Part shown: one piece after another, positions 27,408-38,473 of the stretch
Layout of the letters: each line of letters begins with the position of its first letter
How positions within the stretch are numbered: the stretch's first letter is position 1
NCBI GenBank assembly: GCA_963693365.1
Contig: CAVNZM010000012.1
Coordinates: forward strand, 3,609,617 to 3,673,616
Source of the DNA: Amoebidium appalachense
Taxonomy: Eukaryota > Protista > Ichthyosporea
Length of the DNA stretch: 64,000 nt
Reading direction: 5' to 3'
The notes under the pieces: generated by a model
What the model was told of the DNA's origin: nothing
The model's input: the letters and a program-made list of their open reading frames with translations, nothing else
The model's database searches: none
Made by a program: the position numbers and the translations under genes

Positions 27408-29155
27408 TGTGTGTGTTTGTGTGGTGTGGCAAGGAGTATGCAACATAAAGGGTGGGGAAAGGAGGGGGGTGGGGGGGGAGGGGGGAGAGAAGGGAGTACC
27501 ACACGGAGGAAAATGTGTGTGTGTGTGTGTGGCGGGGGGGGGGGGGGGGGGGGGGGGGAGAAACGCACAGAGGAAAATGAGATCAGCGTCTGCACCGTAG
27601 AAGCAGTGCATGGTGTTTGGGTTGTGGGCTGGGTCTGCACGCTGCTTGCGGATAAAATCGATCACCTTGTGCTCACCCTCACCAGGCACAGTGGCATCAG
27701 ACATGATCACCTGTAGAGTTTTACAAGTAAATTAGTAAAACATAGTATTATATTAGTGTGCCAAGTAAATCAGTAAAACATAGCAAATCAGATAGTCCAA
27801 TCACCGTAAATGTTTTAACAACTAATAGTATTTAGCACCAAGCAGATTCAATACTAATCAGACTTGGCACCAAGCAGATTTGCAAGAACATGTACCCGGC
27901 AGCCGGCGCCAAATAAAACAACATTGGCCCACCAACCAATCAATCCCCTTGATCCGGAAAGGTAGGAGATGGAAAGAGCAATAAGCAAAAACCGTGTCAC
28001 GGGGAGGAGAGGGGGAGAGAGGGGAGAGAGAGGCACCTGATGGGCAGAAAGGGTAGACAAATCTCAGAAATTAGCAAACGAGATGTAGGGGCGGGGTCGG
28101 CTAGGGAGGGAGAGCGGGGAGGGGGGAGGAGGAGGGGGGGGGGGGGGGGTGCAAACAAGGCAGCGACAAATGGGGGAATTATGGATTTGGCATATGGAAT
28201 CCACCCACACCAGAATCCTCAGAGGAGCTCAAATGCATCAAACAAGTACATCACGCCGAGAACCATTCCTACCCCCCCCCCCCCCCCCCCACCACCACCA
28301 CCACCACACACACACACACACACCTCCCACACGCACACACCTTCACCCGTCCCTCTCTTCCCCTCTCCCCCCCCCCTCCTTCCCGCCTCACCCCTCCCTC
28401 CAAACCCCCCTCACCCCCCCGCCCCCTGTCTCCCCCTCCTTGCAACCCCCACCTCCCCCCCCCCCCCCCCACACACACACACACACGCCTCCCCCTCCCT
28501 CCTTTCCCCGCCCCCCTTCTCCCCCCCCCCTCTCCCCTTCCCCTCCCGCCCCCTCCCTTTGCCCAAACAACCACATACCTTAACGTTCCTCCAACCAGGG
28601 TCGGTGTTCAACCTCTCATGCACGTAATAGCGCAGGCACTCAGTGAGGTGAGCCATGAACTCTGTTCCTGGGGTGATACAGTTGCTGTCAAAGTGCTCGT
28701 GCTCATCCTTGGGCGGCGGCTGCAGACCATCTCTGATCATCTGCGCCCGTAACTCTTCCTGGTCTTGTTCCTTGTCGGCAGCTTCTTTCGCTGCACGGAA
28801 ACGACGCGAGCGCTGCTGGTTCATCTGTTGATGCAAAAAAAAAAAAAAAAAAAAAAAAAAGGGTAGTCATTAGCGCGACGCAAGGTAAGAAGGTGGTGCA
28901 GGGGGGAAAGGGTGGGGTAAGTATGTGGTTTACGCGAAGGGAGAATAACAAGGGCTAGGTGGAAGGGGTTAGGTGGGTGTGTGGGTGTGGGTGTGGGGGG
29001 GAGGGGGTATAATGAGTCATAGAGCACGACGTACACAAGGCAGACAACACAAGGCAGATGACAAACCACATAAAGAGCATGCATTAAGGCAGAGCACACC
29101 CTCGGGGGGGAACGGGAGGGGGGGGGGGGGAGGGGGGGAAGGGAGGGATGGGGGA

Positions 29156-29193
<38 letters not shown>

Positions 29194-30305
29194 GAACAAA
29201 AGGTTTTGGAGGGTGGTGGAGAGTGAAAGTGAGTGGGAAGGGGGAACGGCAGGAGAGGACAGGAGCGAGGTGAAGGGGAGAGGCATGAAGCAGGAAACAG
29301 GAAGGAGAGGGGCAGGCTAATTAGGGGGGGGGGGGGGGAGGGGGGGTTTTGAATGCGGAACACAGTACGAAGTACGCATACACGATGAGAAGCATGGTGC
29401 AGGACACATGCAAAGGCAAACATTCAAGTATGCAGCATCAGCCATGCGCACAGTATGCGTCATAAGCAGAGCCCATCCTCAGGGAGGGCCCAAGTCATCA
29501 ATTGCGTCTGAGTTTCGACCCCTTAGCCCGCGTATATACGACGCTCCAATTCAGACAGCAGCATCAACTGAACTTGGGTGGGTCAACCCGTCTTGATCAA
29601 AGACGAGCAGGGTTGCTTATGCAAGCAAGGTGAGCAAAACGGTGAAGATGTATGTGCAAACTAATGCAGTGCAGCGACAAACGCGTATGTGCTTACAGAT
29701 GCACGACACAGAGCAACCATGCCCGGTTGCATGGAAGTAAAGATGTCTCCACACAGTGGTCTGTCCTGAAAGGGGGGAATCTGTCGCAGAATAGGTAGTA
29801 CACAATCACAACGGACATGAAAATGCAAGATGGGGGGGGGGGGGGGGGGGAGGGGAAGAAGGGGGGGGGGGGGGGGGGAGGGAGGGAGGAAGGGCCGGGG
29901 AAGAGGTGTGAAGTGTGGAGGGATGGAGTGACGAGAAAGGGGGGGGGGGGGGGGGGGGGGGAGGGCTGGCAGAGAGCGGGGTGGGAGAGATGTGTGAGGG
30001 GGTTGGGAGATTGGCTGTTGGGGAGAGAGTGAGAGAATAAGAGGGGAGTGGGGGAGTTGGGTGGGGCGCAGGGGGAGGAGCGGGGGGTGGGATGTGGTGA
30101 AAGGGGGGGGGGGGGGGGGGGGGGGAGGAGTAAACGATGCAAAGGCAGTTGAGGCTGAACGTGCGCAGCTGTGCGGCCAGGAGTTGCTGCTAGGCAAGGG
30201 AACACGAACAATACGTGTCTTGCCAGGGAAGGACAAGAAAAGAAAAAAACAGGGGAGAGGCAGATGGAAGAAAGGGAAGAGAAAAGAAAAAAACGTGTGT
30301 GTGCA

Positions 30306-30338
<33 letters not shown>

Positions 30339-30408
30339 GCGCACGAGTGTGTGTGCACGTGTGTGTGTGTGTGTGTGTGTTCGGCCGGGGGGGTAGGGGA
30401 AGGGGGGA

Positions 30409-30441
<33 letters not shown>

Positions 30442-31249
30442 GGCAGATGGGTATCTTGCCTTGGCACGGGGAGCCACGCCGTCAACAGCCATATAAAGCA
30501 GTTGGCGAGGGCGCACAATGCTGAAAAATGCGATCAATGTACTGGAAAATGTGGACGATCATTTCATCCTCCGTAGCTGGGGCCGGGCTGCACGAAGACA
30601 GAGTGAGACTTACAAAGACATCCACTGTCACGTTCCTGGCAAAACCTACAACAAGCACTGCTGATAGATTTACAGGAAGCTGGAAAAGGAGGGTATATTA
30701 TAAGTACGTACCGGTCCTCTGGATGGCAGCAAGGATGGATGATGCCGTTCATATCCAGGTACAGATTATCGTACTCTATCCCATTGGGGTTCGGCTGGGA
30801 CGTATCCACAGGGACCATAACCCCATCCACTATGTTTAGTGGGTCCTGAAATGGCAAATTTTTGCGTTAGCAAAATACAGCTGTAAATGCCGAGAAGAGA
30901 CCATATTTAAGCAACGCGACGAACGACACCAGGAGGAGAGAAGCCTTGTGCTGTTTATTATGGACAAAAACAACTTGAGAACATTCTAAGCAACATGCAG
31001 TGCCTCATGGGCTTATCAAAGGGCTGAGGAGGCCTCATAGAAACTGCCCCACACGTCCTCACAGAACTTCCACACACGCATCTTTACTTGAAAAAGCCCC
31101 TTTATTATTACACTCTCTCGAGTCCTTGCAATCAAGAGTGTGCACAAACCAATATAAAAAAGAGGGAGAGGAGCACAAACCTCTGCGGCAGGAGAAACAA
31201 TTTTCTCGCACTTGTCGGAGAGCCAACGGTAGAACGCCGGAACCCCCAT
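12552..31249 (-). CDS. XRN2: 5'-3' exoribonuclease 2 (Rat1/Dhp1), ~22 exons
   Basis: Approximate exons: 31181-31249 [10 protein letters not shown]; 30712-30846 [13 protein letters not shown]; 30460-30587 [11 protein letters not shown]; 28580-28824 [17 protein letters not shown]; 27567-27710 PGEGEHK..DADLI; 26875-26974 with CYLCGHMGH knuckle; 25101-25227; 23725-23912 VGNDFLPH; 22962-23095; 22403-22499; 21870-22046; 21188-21346 WVLAYYYQ; 20700-20784 [11 protein letters not shown]; 19861-19923; 18794-18923; 18305-18394; 17465-17568; 16928-17014; 16254-16316; 15373-15488; 14854-14931; 13836-14004; 12552-12803 (G/Y/Q-rich tail; stop position uncertain). Confidence 0.96.
13355..13692 (-). mobile_element. 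Structured-RNA repeat, subfamily B, copy 1 (core 13441-13593)
   Basis: Near-identical to 24354-24691. The minus-strand 3' end CATTCAAA abuts a C-run. Confidence 0.85.
15484..15705. repeat. Degenerate ~45-bp tandem repeat bounded by a duplicated splice-acceptor segment
   Basis: AAAACGTAAGA..GGAACA.G..GCTC occurs four times, and AACGCTGCAATCAAAA occurs at both ends. Confidence 0.75.
18930..19320. repeat. G-rich ~18-bp minisatellite (GGGGTAAGAAGGGGTAGT)
   Basis: Seen directly, intronic. Confidence 0.8.
24354..24691 (-). mobile_element. Structured-RNA repeat, subfamily B, copy 2 (core 24440-24592)
   Basis: Homolog of 13355-13692, with G-runs on both flanks. Confidence 0.85.
26757..26826 (-). 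mobile_element. Structured-RNA repeat, subfamily A, 3'-end fragment
   Basis: Matches the terminal part of 29347-29759 with an internal deletion, and is embedded in poly-G. Confidence 0.8.
27103..27300. repeat. ~97-bp tandem duplication in an intron
   Basis: AACAGTTGGGATTATGGAAAGTTGTG...GCTCATGAATAT occurs twice. Confidence 0.8.
29347..29759 (-). mobile_element. Structured-RNA repeat, subfamily A (core 29461-29621)
   Basis: Highly similar to 49289-49683 and 50716-51127. Confidence 0.88.
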
Positions 31250-33012
31250 GATTAGTGTATGCCTACTGGCCTTTCAAGGCCTAACACGCTTATAAGTGCC
31301 CTACACTAGACTAAATGACCGAACTCTCTTCTTCTTCTTGGGCCTTCCCTCTTGCCAACTCAATGCTACCGTTGTGTGGGAGTGACTGTGATGACTTTGC
31401 CCATGTGCGAGTTTCCCGATTACTTTATTGCGATTGGATGCCACAGAAAATCCTTTTTACCCATCTCAGCTTCCCACCAATCAAAAGAGCGCCGGTTGGC
31501 TTTTTTTTTAGGCGCCATAAAAGGGGAAACTGATTGGCTCATAAATGCGTTACTGGTAATATATTAAGTTGAGAGCCTGGAGGAGGGTAAGGCTCACTTT
31601 TCTTGACTCCAACAGTAGCATCAAAACAGCCAAAAAAGAACATTGGTTTTACCCAACTTATTTCATATATTTTAACTATTATTTTCGGACTATATTTATT
31701 TGGTGGCTCTTATTAGGAGGAATTACATGCCCGTTCCTAACGGCATGTGCACCGTTTGTGACTTGATTCGTGCGATCGATCCTTGACTAATCGTGCGATC
31801 GGCACATGCAAAACAAAGCATGTTTTTGGAACTTCTTGGCCGCAGTCATATATTGTTGACTCGGATCTCATTATAAACACAAACAGGGTTTCTCCCCTTT
31901 TCTTGTTGCCCTCCTCCGGACCTTCAGCACCCACCACCATAACCCATCCCTTCTCTTTCCATAGGTTCTTTGGACAAAATATTTCAAAACACGTCGGCAT
32001 ATTGCGCGTGCATGCAAGTGGATCAATCATGATCATGATCTAGATCATATATACGGTACCACGCGTACACGTGCAAGTGGCACTGTGATACCAGCATAGT
32101 ACTAGTAATATCATAACAAAAATACCTCAAAATACGGTGAATGGACTGCACGACACAAATTAAGCCCATTGCCGGGGCCAGGCTAGTGGACACCTTCAAA
32201 CTTGAAGCTATAATTATATTAGCTAACAGGGATCCTGCATATTAGCTGATCTGATCACGTGCATGCACGCTTATCATTGAGTCTCCTGAGGACTGACTCG
32301 GCCGGCCTTGTTGGTCGTGCATTGCTATCTATTGCCACTACAAATCACACGGACATGTGCACTGTGGGTCCGGTGTACGGTATCTCTCACTGATGGTACT
32401 TTTGACCATGCATATATATGTAAGGGTGAGGCCAACCACATTGCTTGCATCAACTTGCTCGAGGATCCGATCGCGATCGCAAACAGAATATCGATGATCA
32501 TGCTAAAAGCCGGGGGGGCGGGTTGGTGCAATGGTAAGATTTGAAATTTCTTTTGACTCGGGGTTATTGATCCGTTGATGAAGGCAACGTGCAACCACAG
32601 GCTACATAACCACCAATAGAACTGAAAAAGCCAAAGCTACGAAATAAAAATAAAGCGACAAGTGACAAAGGACACCAGCGGGCAAAACAGTAAGTGTACG
32701 TGTATGCGTGAAACTAGTTTGCTCCAACTAGTCATTTGCATCGGTGTTGACCAGACCACACTCTGCAAGAAGACATCATTACTGCTCCTTCCCAACAGGC
32801 CCCCCTCAAAACCTATCGAGGCACAGCAAGCAAGTCAGCCTCTAAAAGAGCAATGCAGACCAAATCTGAGCTAAAAAACAATCCCAACGGGCCCGGCCCC
32901 TAGATAACCCGGAGAAACTGCATCTAGCTCTCTGATAAGGTGGCCTAGTTGTGGCAGGACACACAGAAAAACACAATTACAGAATGCATGCAAGCAAACC
33001 CATGGTAAGATC

Positions 33013-33035
33013 TTTTTTTTTTTTTTTTTTCTTTC
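33013..33035 (-). mobile_element. Minimal poly(A) retro-insertion
   Basis: GAAAG(A)18 on the minus strand between perfect 10-bp direct repeats TGGTAAGATC (33003-33012, 33036-33045). Confidence 0.65.
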
Positions 33036-33326
33036 TGGTAAGATCCTCTGCGTGTCAAGCTCAAAGTCGCAGGATCGATCCTGGTTACTTCCGATTTTTG
33101 TTCTCAAGGCGATGATCCACCGGTCTGGCCGCCCCCTAGAAGCCATCACCCCAGACCACGTCAAGCAGCACCACCAATTTGGGGTTTACACACCTTTGCC
33201 GGAGGCCCAGCCACATTCGATGGCCTACTGCGTTTTCCAGCGCAGCCAATCAAATGCAGCCAGTGACATATGTACATGCTAGGCAACAATGAGCGCCATC
33301 GTAGTATATGACACCCCTATTACATA

Positions 33327-33869
33327 TTATGGGTAAGCAGAGGCTAGCATCGGTAGCTCCGAAAGAAAGTTAAGGCACCGGATCACAATATCATACTGTG
33401 CAGCATTAATAAGGTGACCTAGGATAGTCATCTTAAAACGGATATCGAGGAAGAGAGGAAGAAAAGAGAATGAACCGCCAATAACCTCCGGTTCTAATAC
33501 GTTAGCTAACAGGTTGCACTTATTGATAGATATGCAGCCGCGAGTAAACCGCCCCCCACACATATTACACATACGAGCTGGAGACACCAGAAACCGATTA
33601 CACCGCCAATCCATAATCATCTTTGCGTTTTTACACCACACCACATTACGAATAAACGAATCTATGTATGAACGAGACTCTCTAACCGTATCCGCCATAT
33701 AGGCTACAAGTAGTTGGTGTTTTTGCGGTCCTAACACCGGAAGGGACTCAACACGTAGAGTAAAAAGATATCTATCAGCCATAGACTTGAAACTATTCAT
33801 ATTCACACTATGATCTAGCCGTACCTCCGGTGGGGTCGCCAGCCATTCCACATAACGCTCGGCAATGTG
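33327..33869 (-). mobile_element. 3' fragment of a diverged LINE ORF2 related to the 39593 family
   Basis: DWRCNRF..CNMCGGRFTRGCI..KCNLL..ILGHLINAAQYDIVIRCLNFL aligns with QWRSNKY..CP..HQFNRSCIAKCSLI..ILDFILNTRNYDLFIRCIDWL. Confidence 0.75.
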
Positions 33870-34124
33870 CACGGCAGCAGAATCGAATTGAAATTTGCAT
33901 TTAGCAGAATAAATCTGCTTTTAGCAGAATATTTTGGTTTTAGCCACAGAATATTTCTGCCGCAGTAGAATAATTCTGCTTTAGGCAAAATGATCTTTGC
34001 TTTTTGCAGAACTTCTGAATCATTGCTTTTGCAGAATATTTCAAGCGTTATAGGAGAATAATTCTGCTTTTTGCCGAATAATAATAATTCTGCTCAGACT
34101 GAGCAATTTGACTCTGCGGATGTG
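33870..34124. mobile_element. MITE-like element with reiterated palindromic GCAGAATnATTCTGC motifs
   Basis: Inverted ends GCAGAATCGAATTG / CAATTTGACTCTGC and many internal GCAGAAT/ATTCTGC motifs. No clear TSD. Confidence 0.6.
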
Positions 34125-34183
34125 GTAATGAAGACCTCATTTCGCCTTAACACTCCGCCGGTAACTAGCACATCCCACCCCGC

Positions 34184-34216
<33 letters not shown>

Positions 34217-34497
34217 CCCCCCGAGCCCCCAACCCCCGGGGCGCGCGGTAGCAGACTGTAGAAGATGATATCGTCAAAGTTTCGATGATAAATACCATAG
34301 TTGTGTCGTTTATAATTATGCTGCATGCCCGAACCAGACAGACACTGTGGCACGTACACACCAGTCATTCGTTTCAACTTTTGCAATATTGTGTGTGTAC
34401 TCGCATTACTCAAGTGCATACTATCCAGTGAGGTGTTCTATCAGCGAATTGTACGCACGCACGCACACACACAGACACCGTGACACACACACACACG

Positions 34498-34547
<50 letters not shown>

Positions 34548-34634
34548 GTAACACACGTGTACAGATACACTGAGTCACAGACAGATCTAGACCAGTGCCC
34601 TCTGCTGCCTTAACCCCTCTCTCTCTCGCCCCCC

Positions 34635-34676
<42 letters not shown>

Positions 34677-36362
34677 ACACACACACACATTACATTGTTT
34701 CACCGATGATCCACAAAAACACATTATGCAAAAGTTCCGCAGCAACACACCGTGGTCCGGACACAATTTAGTGAAGGCAATATTGGTGTCCACCTCCTGC
34801 AGGCGTCATAATGCCGGGGTTCCGATGATGATTAAAAAAAAATATATATAAAAATATAAATAAAAAAAAACTGAAAAAAAACGGGGGGGGGGGGGGAGGG
34901 GGGGGGGGGGGGGGGAGGGGGAGATCTGGGGGGGAGGGGGGTGGGATGGGAGAGAGCTAAGACCGGCCCCAAGTTAAAAAATTGTGTTTGGCTCAGTAAC
35001 ATTCCTACTTTTTTTTGTAGTACAAGCAAGCAACCGGAGATCTAATAAGTTGACCATGCATGATGATAAGTAGGTAGCACTAATCTGTATAGTCAATTGG
35101 ATGCAAGATGTGTTGAGCAATGCAGTTCATACCGCTCATATATACCAGATAACACCCAACTTGAAGACTGTTGACCACACACTTGAACCCCAGAACCAGA
35201 TCGTATTAAGTATCCCCCCCCCCCCCCCCCCCCTCTCCCCCCCCCCCCCCCCCCCCCCCCCCCTTCTAGTCTACTACCGCCCACTCCCCCTCTTCCCACC
35301 TCCCGAGGGCGGGGAAAAAAAAAAAAAAGAAAAAAAAAGAAAAAAAAAGAGAACTTCAGGGAAAAGAAAACGAATTACACGCACCTTCCGCACCACCAAC
35401 AAAACAACCACAAATTCGGCAGGGCCTTTCTTTGCTGGCACACCCTCAGCAATTTGTGCATACATATAATATTTATACTAGTATAAATAAAATTATAATG
35501 TGCATGATATTGTCACGGTGCGCGCGCTGCAGTGGCCACATGTACAGTGTATGGTTGTGGATGACATTCCATGTGCACTGGTAGGCCTTTGTTATATTAC
35601 ATATATGTATGCGGAGTCAACACTGTGCCCCCGTTAGCCGTTGCAATTAGAATAGAACGAATGCATTATCACGATACCCTTTGTATGACTATGATTGGTA
35701 TATACGAATTCGTGTGCAGGTCCCGGTGAGTTTCACACTGCTAATCTTAAGTGCACGAGCACGTGAACACTCGAACTTCTTTAAATTTGCATCATATGGT
35801 ACACCTTTTACTCATGTGTTGTGGCAGTAATGTAATGTAATGAGCACCATTCTACACCTGGCATTAAATCCTTAGAAAACAAGCTTAAGCCGGAGTGGTT
35901 TACCTTTAAGATTTTCAATCGAAGGCAATGACAACGCAAGGCTCATGGCACCGTTTACTCGATTTATCGATGCATCGCAGACATGTACAGTGTATTCCGC
36001 GATGATCCGTGCCAATCCACGACTGACCTTTAATCCAAAAGAAAATTTTGATGCAGGCATACATATACGGTTCACTTTAAGAATTAAAACAACATGACGA
36101 CAACGAGAAAATGTCTTACCCAAGGAGCCCCTTTAAACACCTGATTTGAGACGATCGGAATATGTGCCGTAGTACAACAGTCTAAGACTATAATTGAAGT
36201 ATCATTCATCGATTCATCATCCTGGAAAGCCTGAAGGAGTACATGCTCTATACAACTTGTGGGAAAAAGTCATGCAACTAAACTACATGATACGAACACT
36301 GATACAAGAACACGTGCATGATTTATATATATTTATGTTGAGCATATATAAATTTAAATCCT

Positions 36363-38138
36363 TCATTCGCTAACTGTTTCGCTACCACTGTCTTCCTCCT
36401 CTTGTATCACACGATCACCACCCCCCGCAACCGAGCGAACTGGTTCCTGCCACACCACAGTCTCTCCCCGCTCATAATCGGCACCAGTATCCACATCTAC
36501 GGCAACTGTACGCGCGTATGACGGCTGCAAGACAGTAGAAGTCTCATGCGGTGTGATCTGTGTCGCAACATCGTGGCTTTCCTGTACGTTCATTGGCCCA
36601 AGCTGCCCTGATTGTTGCCCCGCCATCTGTTTCTCCTGCTCCTCCCTTTCATCCAATTTCAACTGGTGCTCTACCGAATCCAACAACATTTGAAACGCCA
36701 AATTCCGGCCGGGCGCCGTGGGCGGCGGCGGAACCGACGTTTCCTGTGGCCATTGGATGTATGTATATTGCGCCTGCAGCTGCGGATCCCCGGACGGGTA
36801 CGATGCATAGTGATGTGGAGACGGAACGTGTAACGCAGGTGGCTCGCTCGGGTGTGGGCTGTATGGGTGTGCGGTGGTTGCTGGCGCGGTTGTTGGGCTC
36901 TGGTACCATGGTGTTTGTGTTTGATAACCCTGGGGTCTGGGCTCTGAAATCGAGCCGGCACCACTATCAACAACAGCCGGTGCACTGAGATCGTATGTGG
37001 TGTGGGTGGATGTAGCGTAGGCGTAAGGTGGCGGAGTTGCGAGGGCATGAGGCTCATTCTGATAGTTTTCATGATACGGTGCCGGTGAAGCCATATGATG
37101 GGGCCTAGAAGAGGGGGATGGTGCATCGGGGTATTGCACATGCTCATACCCACCCTGCATCATGCCCATGTGTGGGCTTGGATACTCGTATCGTTCCTGC
37201 TCTGAAATTGCCCGCATGCGGGGGGTTTCAGGTTGAGGCGAAGCGGGGGTCTTAAGGGGTGAGGTGCCTCGCTTGGGCCACGGTTTCCCACCAGCGCCTG
37301 TTATCATCTGCTCTTTTCTACCGTCCTTATAAGGGTGTGACCGCGGGGACATCATTGCTCTATTTTTGGTCGCATCTCCCTTTGCCTCAGGTGGTTGGTA
37401 CTGATGAAAAACAGTCGCCGTTTTCGTGCGTATCATTCTACCACCGGTAGGTACAGCTGCACCAGACTCAACACCTGACCCGATATTTGCATCCCGGCCA
37501 CCCGGTGGAGGTGCTCTGGTTGGTCCAGGTTCCGTCCCCGGGCCGGGCTGCGTGTGAACCGGTGCGGGACCAATCAAAACCTGCGTCCCGTCAACTGACG
37601 GGCTGCTTGGCGGGCCGCCTGACCCAACCCTCCTCGCCTGCACCGGTGGTGGGGGATAGGTAGGCCCGCGCATCCTTGGTGAGCTGGACTGCTTGCCATC
37701 GAGTTTCCAATGGTGCACGAAACTTTGAAGCGGAACATTGGGCGCCGAATGCCGTCGCTGATGCCTCTGCCCGCGTGCTCGAGGTGTGGCTTGCATAACT
37801 GGCGAACTTGTCGCTTTGGTTTCAGATAGATAACCGCCCTGCTCTGGGGGGTAGAACCCCGTGACGGGCCGCTGTTGCGGTGAGTAGTAACCCGCCGGGG
37901 CGGCATCTTGCCAATGCTCACTCCAGGTTTCACTCCCGCGTGGCGCCGGTGGGGCGACTCTCGCGATCGGTGCTGGTGGTTGGGGGGGATGTTGATGCTC
38001 CGATTGTGCAACGGGCGCGGGAACCTGGTTGCTCGCTGGAGGGGTGGGGGCATTGCGTGGTTGTGGTTGGTGCGCCTTAAACTTCCAGTGTTGAATGACA
38101 GGCTTGTGGGGGTTGCCGGCTCCACTGCCTCTCTTCAT
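36363..38138 (-). CDS. Intronless Pro/Gln/Ser-rich, probably disordered protein (591 aa)
   Basis: 1.8-kb ATG-initiated ORF free of microsatellites. No recognised globular domain. Confidence 0.75.
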   Translation of the reverse strand: MKRGSGAGNPHKPVIQHWKFKAHQPQPRNAPTPPASNQVPAPVAQSEHQHPPQPPAPIARVAPPAPRGSETWSEHWQDAAPAGYYSPQQRPVTGFYPPEQGGYLSETKATSSPVMQATPRARGQRHQRRHSAPNVPLQSFVHHWKLDGKQSSSPRMRGPTYPPPPVQARRVGSGGPPSSPSVDGTQVLIGPAPVHTQPGPGTEPGPTRAPPPGGRDANIGSGVESGAAVPTGGRMIRTKTATVFHQYQPPEAKGDATKNRAMMSPRSHPYKDGRKEQMITGAGGKPWPKRGTSPLKTPASPQPETPRMRAISEQERYEYPSPHMGMMQGGYEHVQYPDAPSPSSRPHHMASPAPYHENYQNEPHALATPPPYAYATSTHTTYDLSAPAVVDSGAGSISEPRPQGYQTQTPWYQSPTTAPATTAHPYSPHPSEPPALHVPSPHHYASYPSGDPQLQAQYTYIQWPQETSVPPPPTAPGRNLAFQMLLDSVEHQLKLDEREEQEKQMAGQQSGQLGPMNVQESHDVATQITPHETSTVLQPSYARTVAVDVDTGADYERGETVVWQEPVRSVAGGGDRVIQEEEDSGSETVSE

Positions 38139-38430
38139 CGTGCGCCAAGGCCCGGCACCACAACCAAAAACTGTTGGACAGAGAGTGAATACAGTTTCCG
38201 GACCATTTCAACCCTTACGGTACCATGATCATCAACACCCGAGCAAAAAAACGAAACGAGGGAACAACCAAAAACTAAATCGGGACAGGGGGTCTCTGGG
38301 AGCACAAAAAAGTTGCATCAAACAGTGGACCTGCGCATTACCCAAATTGGGACTGAACTCGAGGCTAAAAAAGTTTTAAGCAACAAACGAGCTGGTTCCA
38401 GTCGCAAGGCACTTTCCAACGCACCACCAT

Positions 38431-38473
<43 letters not shown>

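Noticed and set aside
29461-29621. Telomerase RNA, IRES or Fanzor omega-RNA identity for the structured repeat
   Set aside because: No telomeric template, downstream ORF or nuclease gene; the hammerhead-core match explains the conserved bases better.
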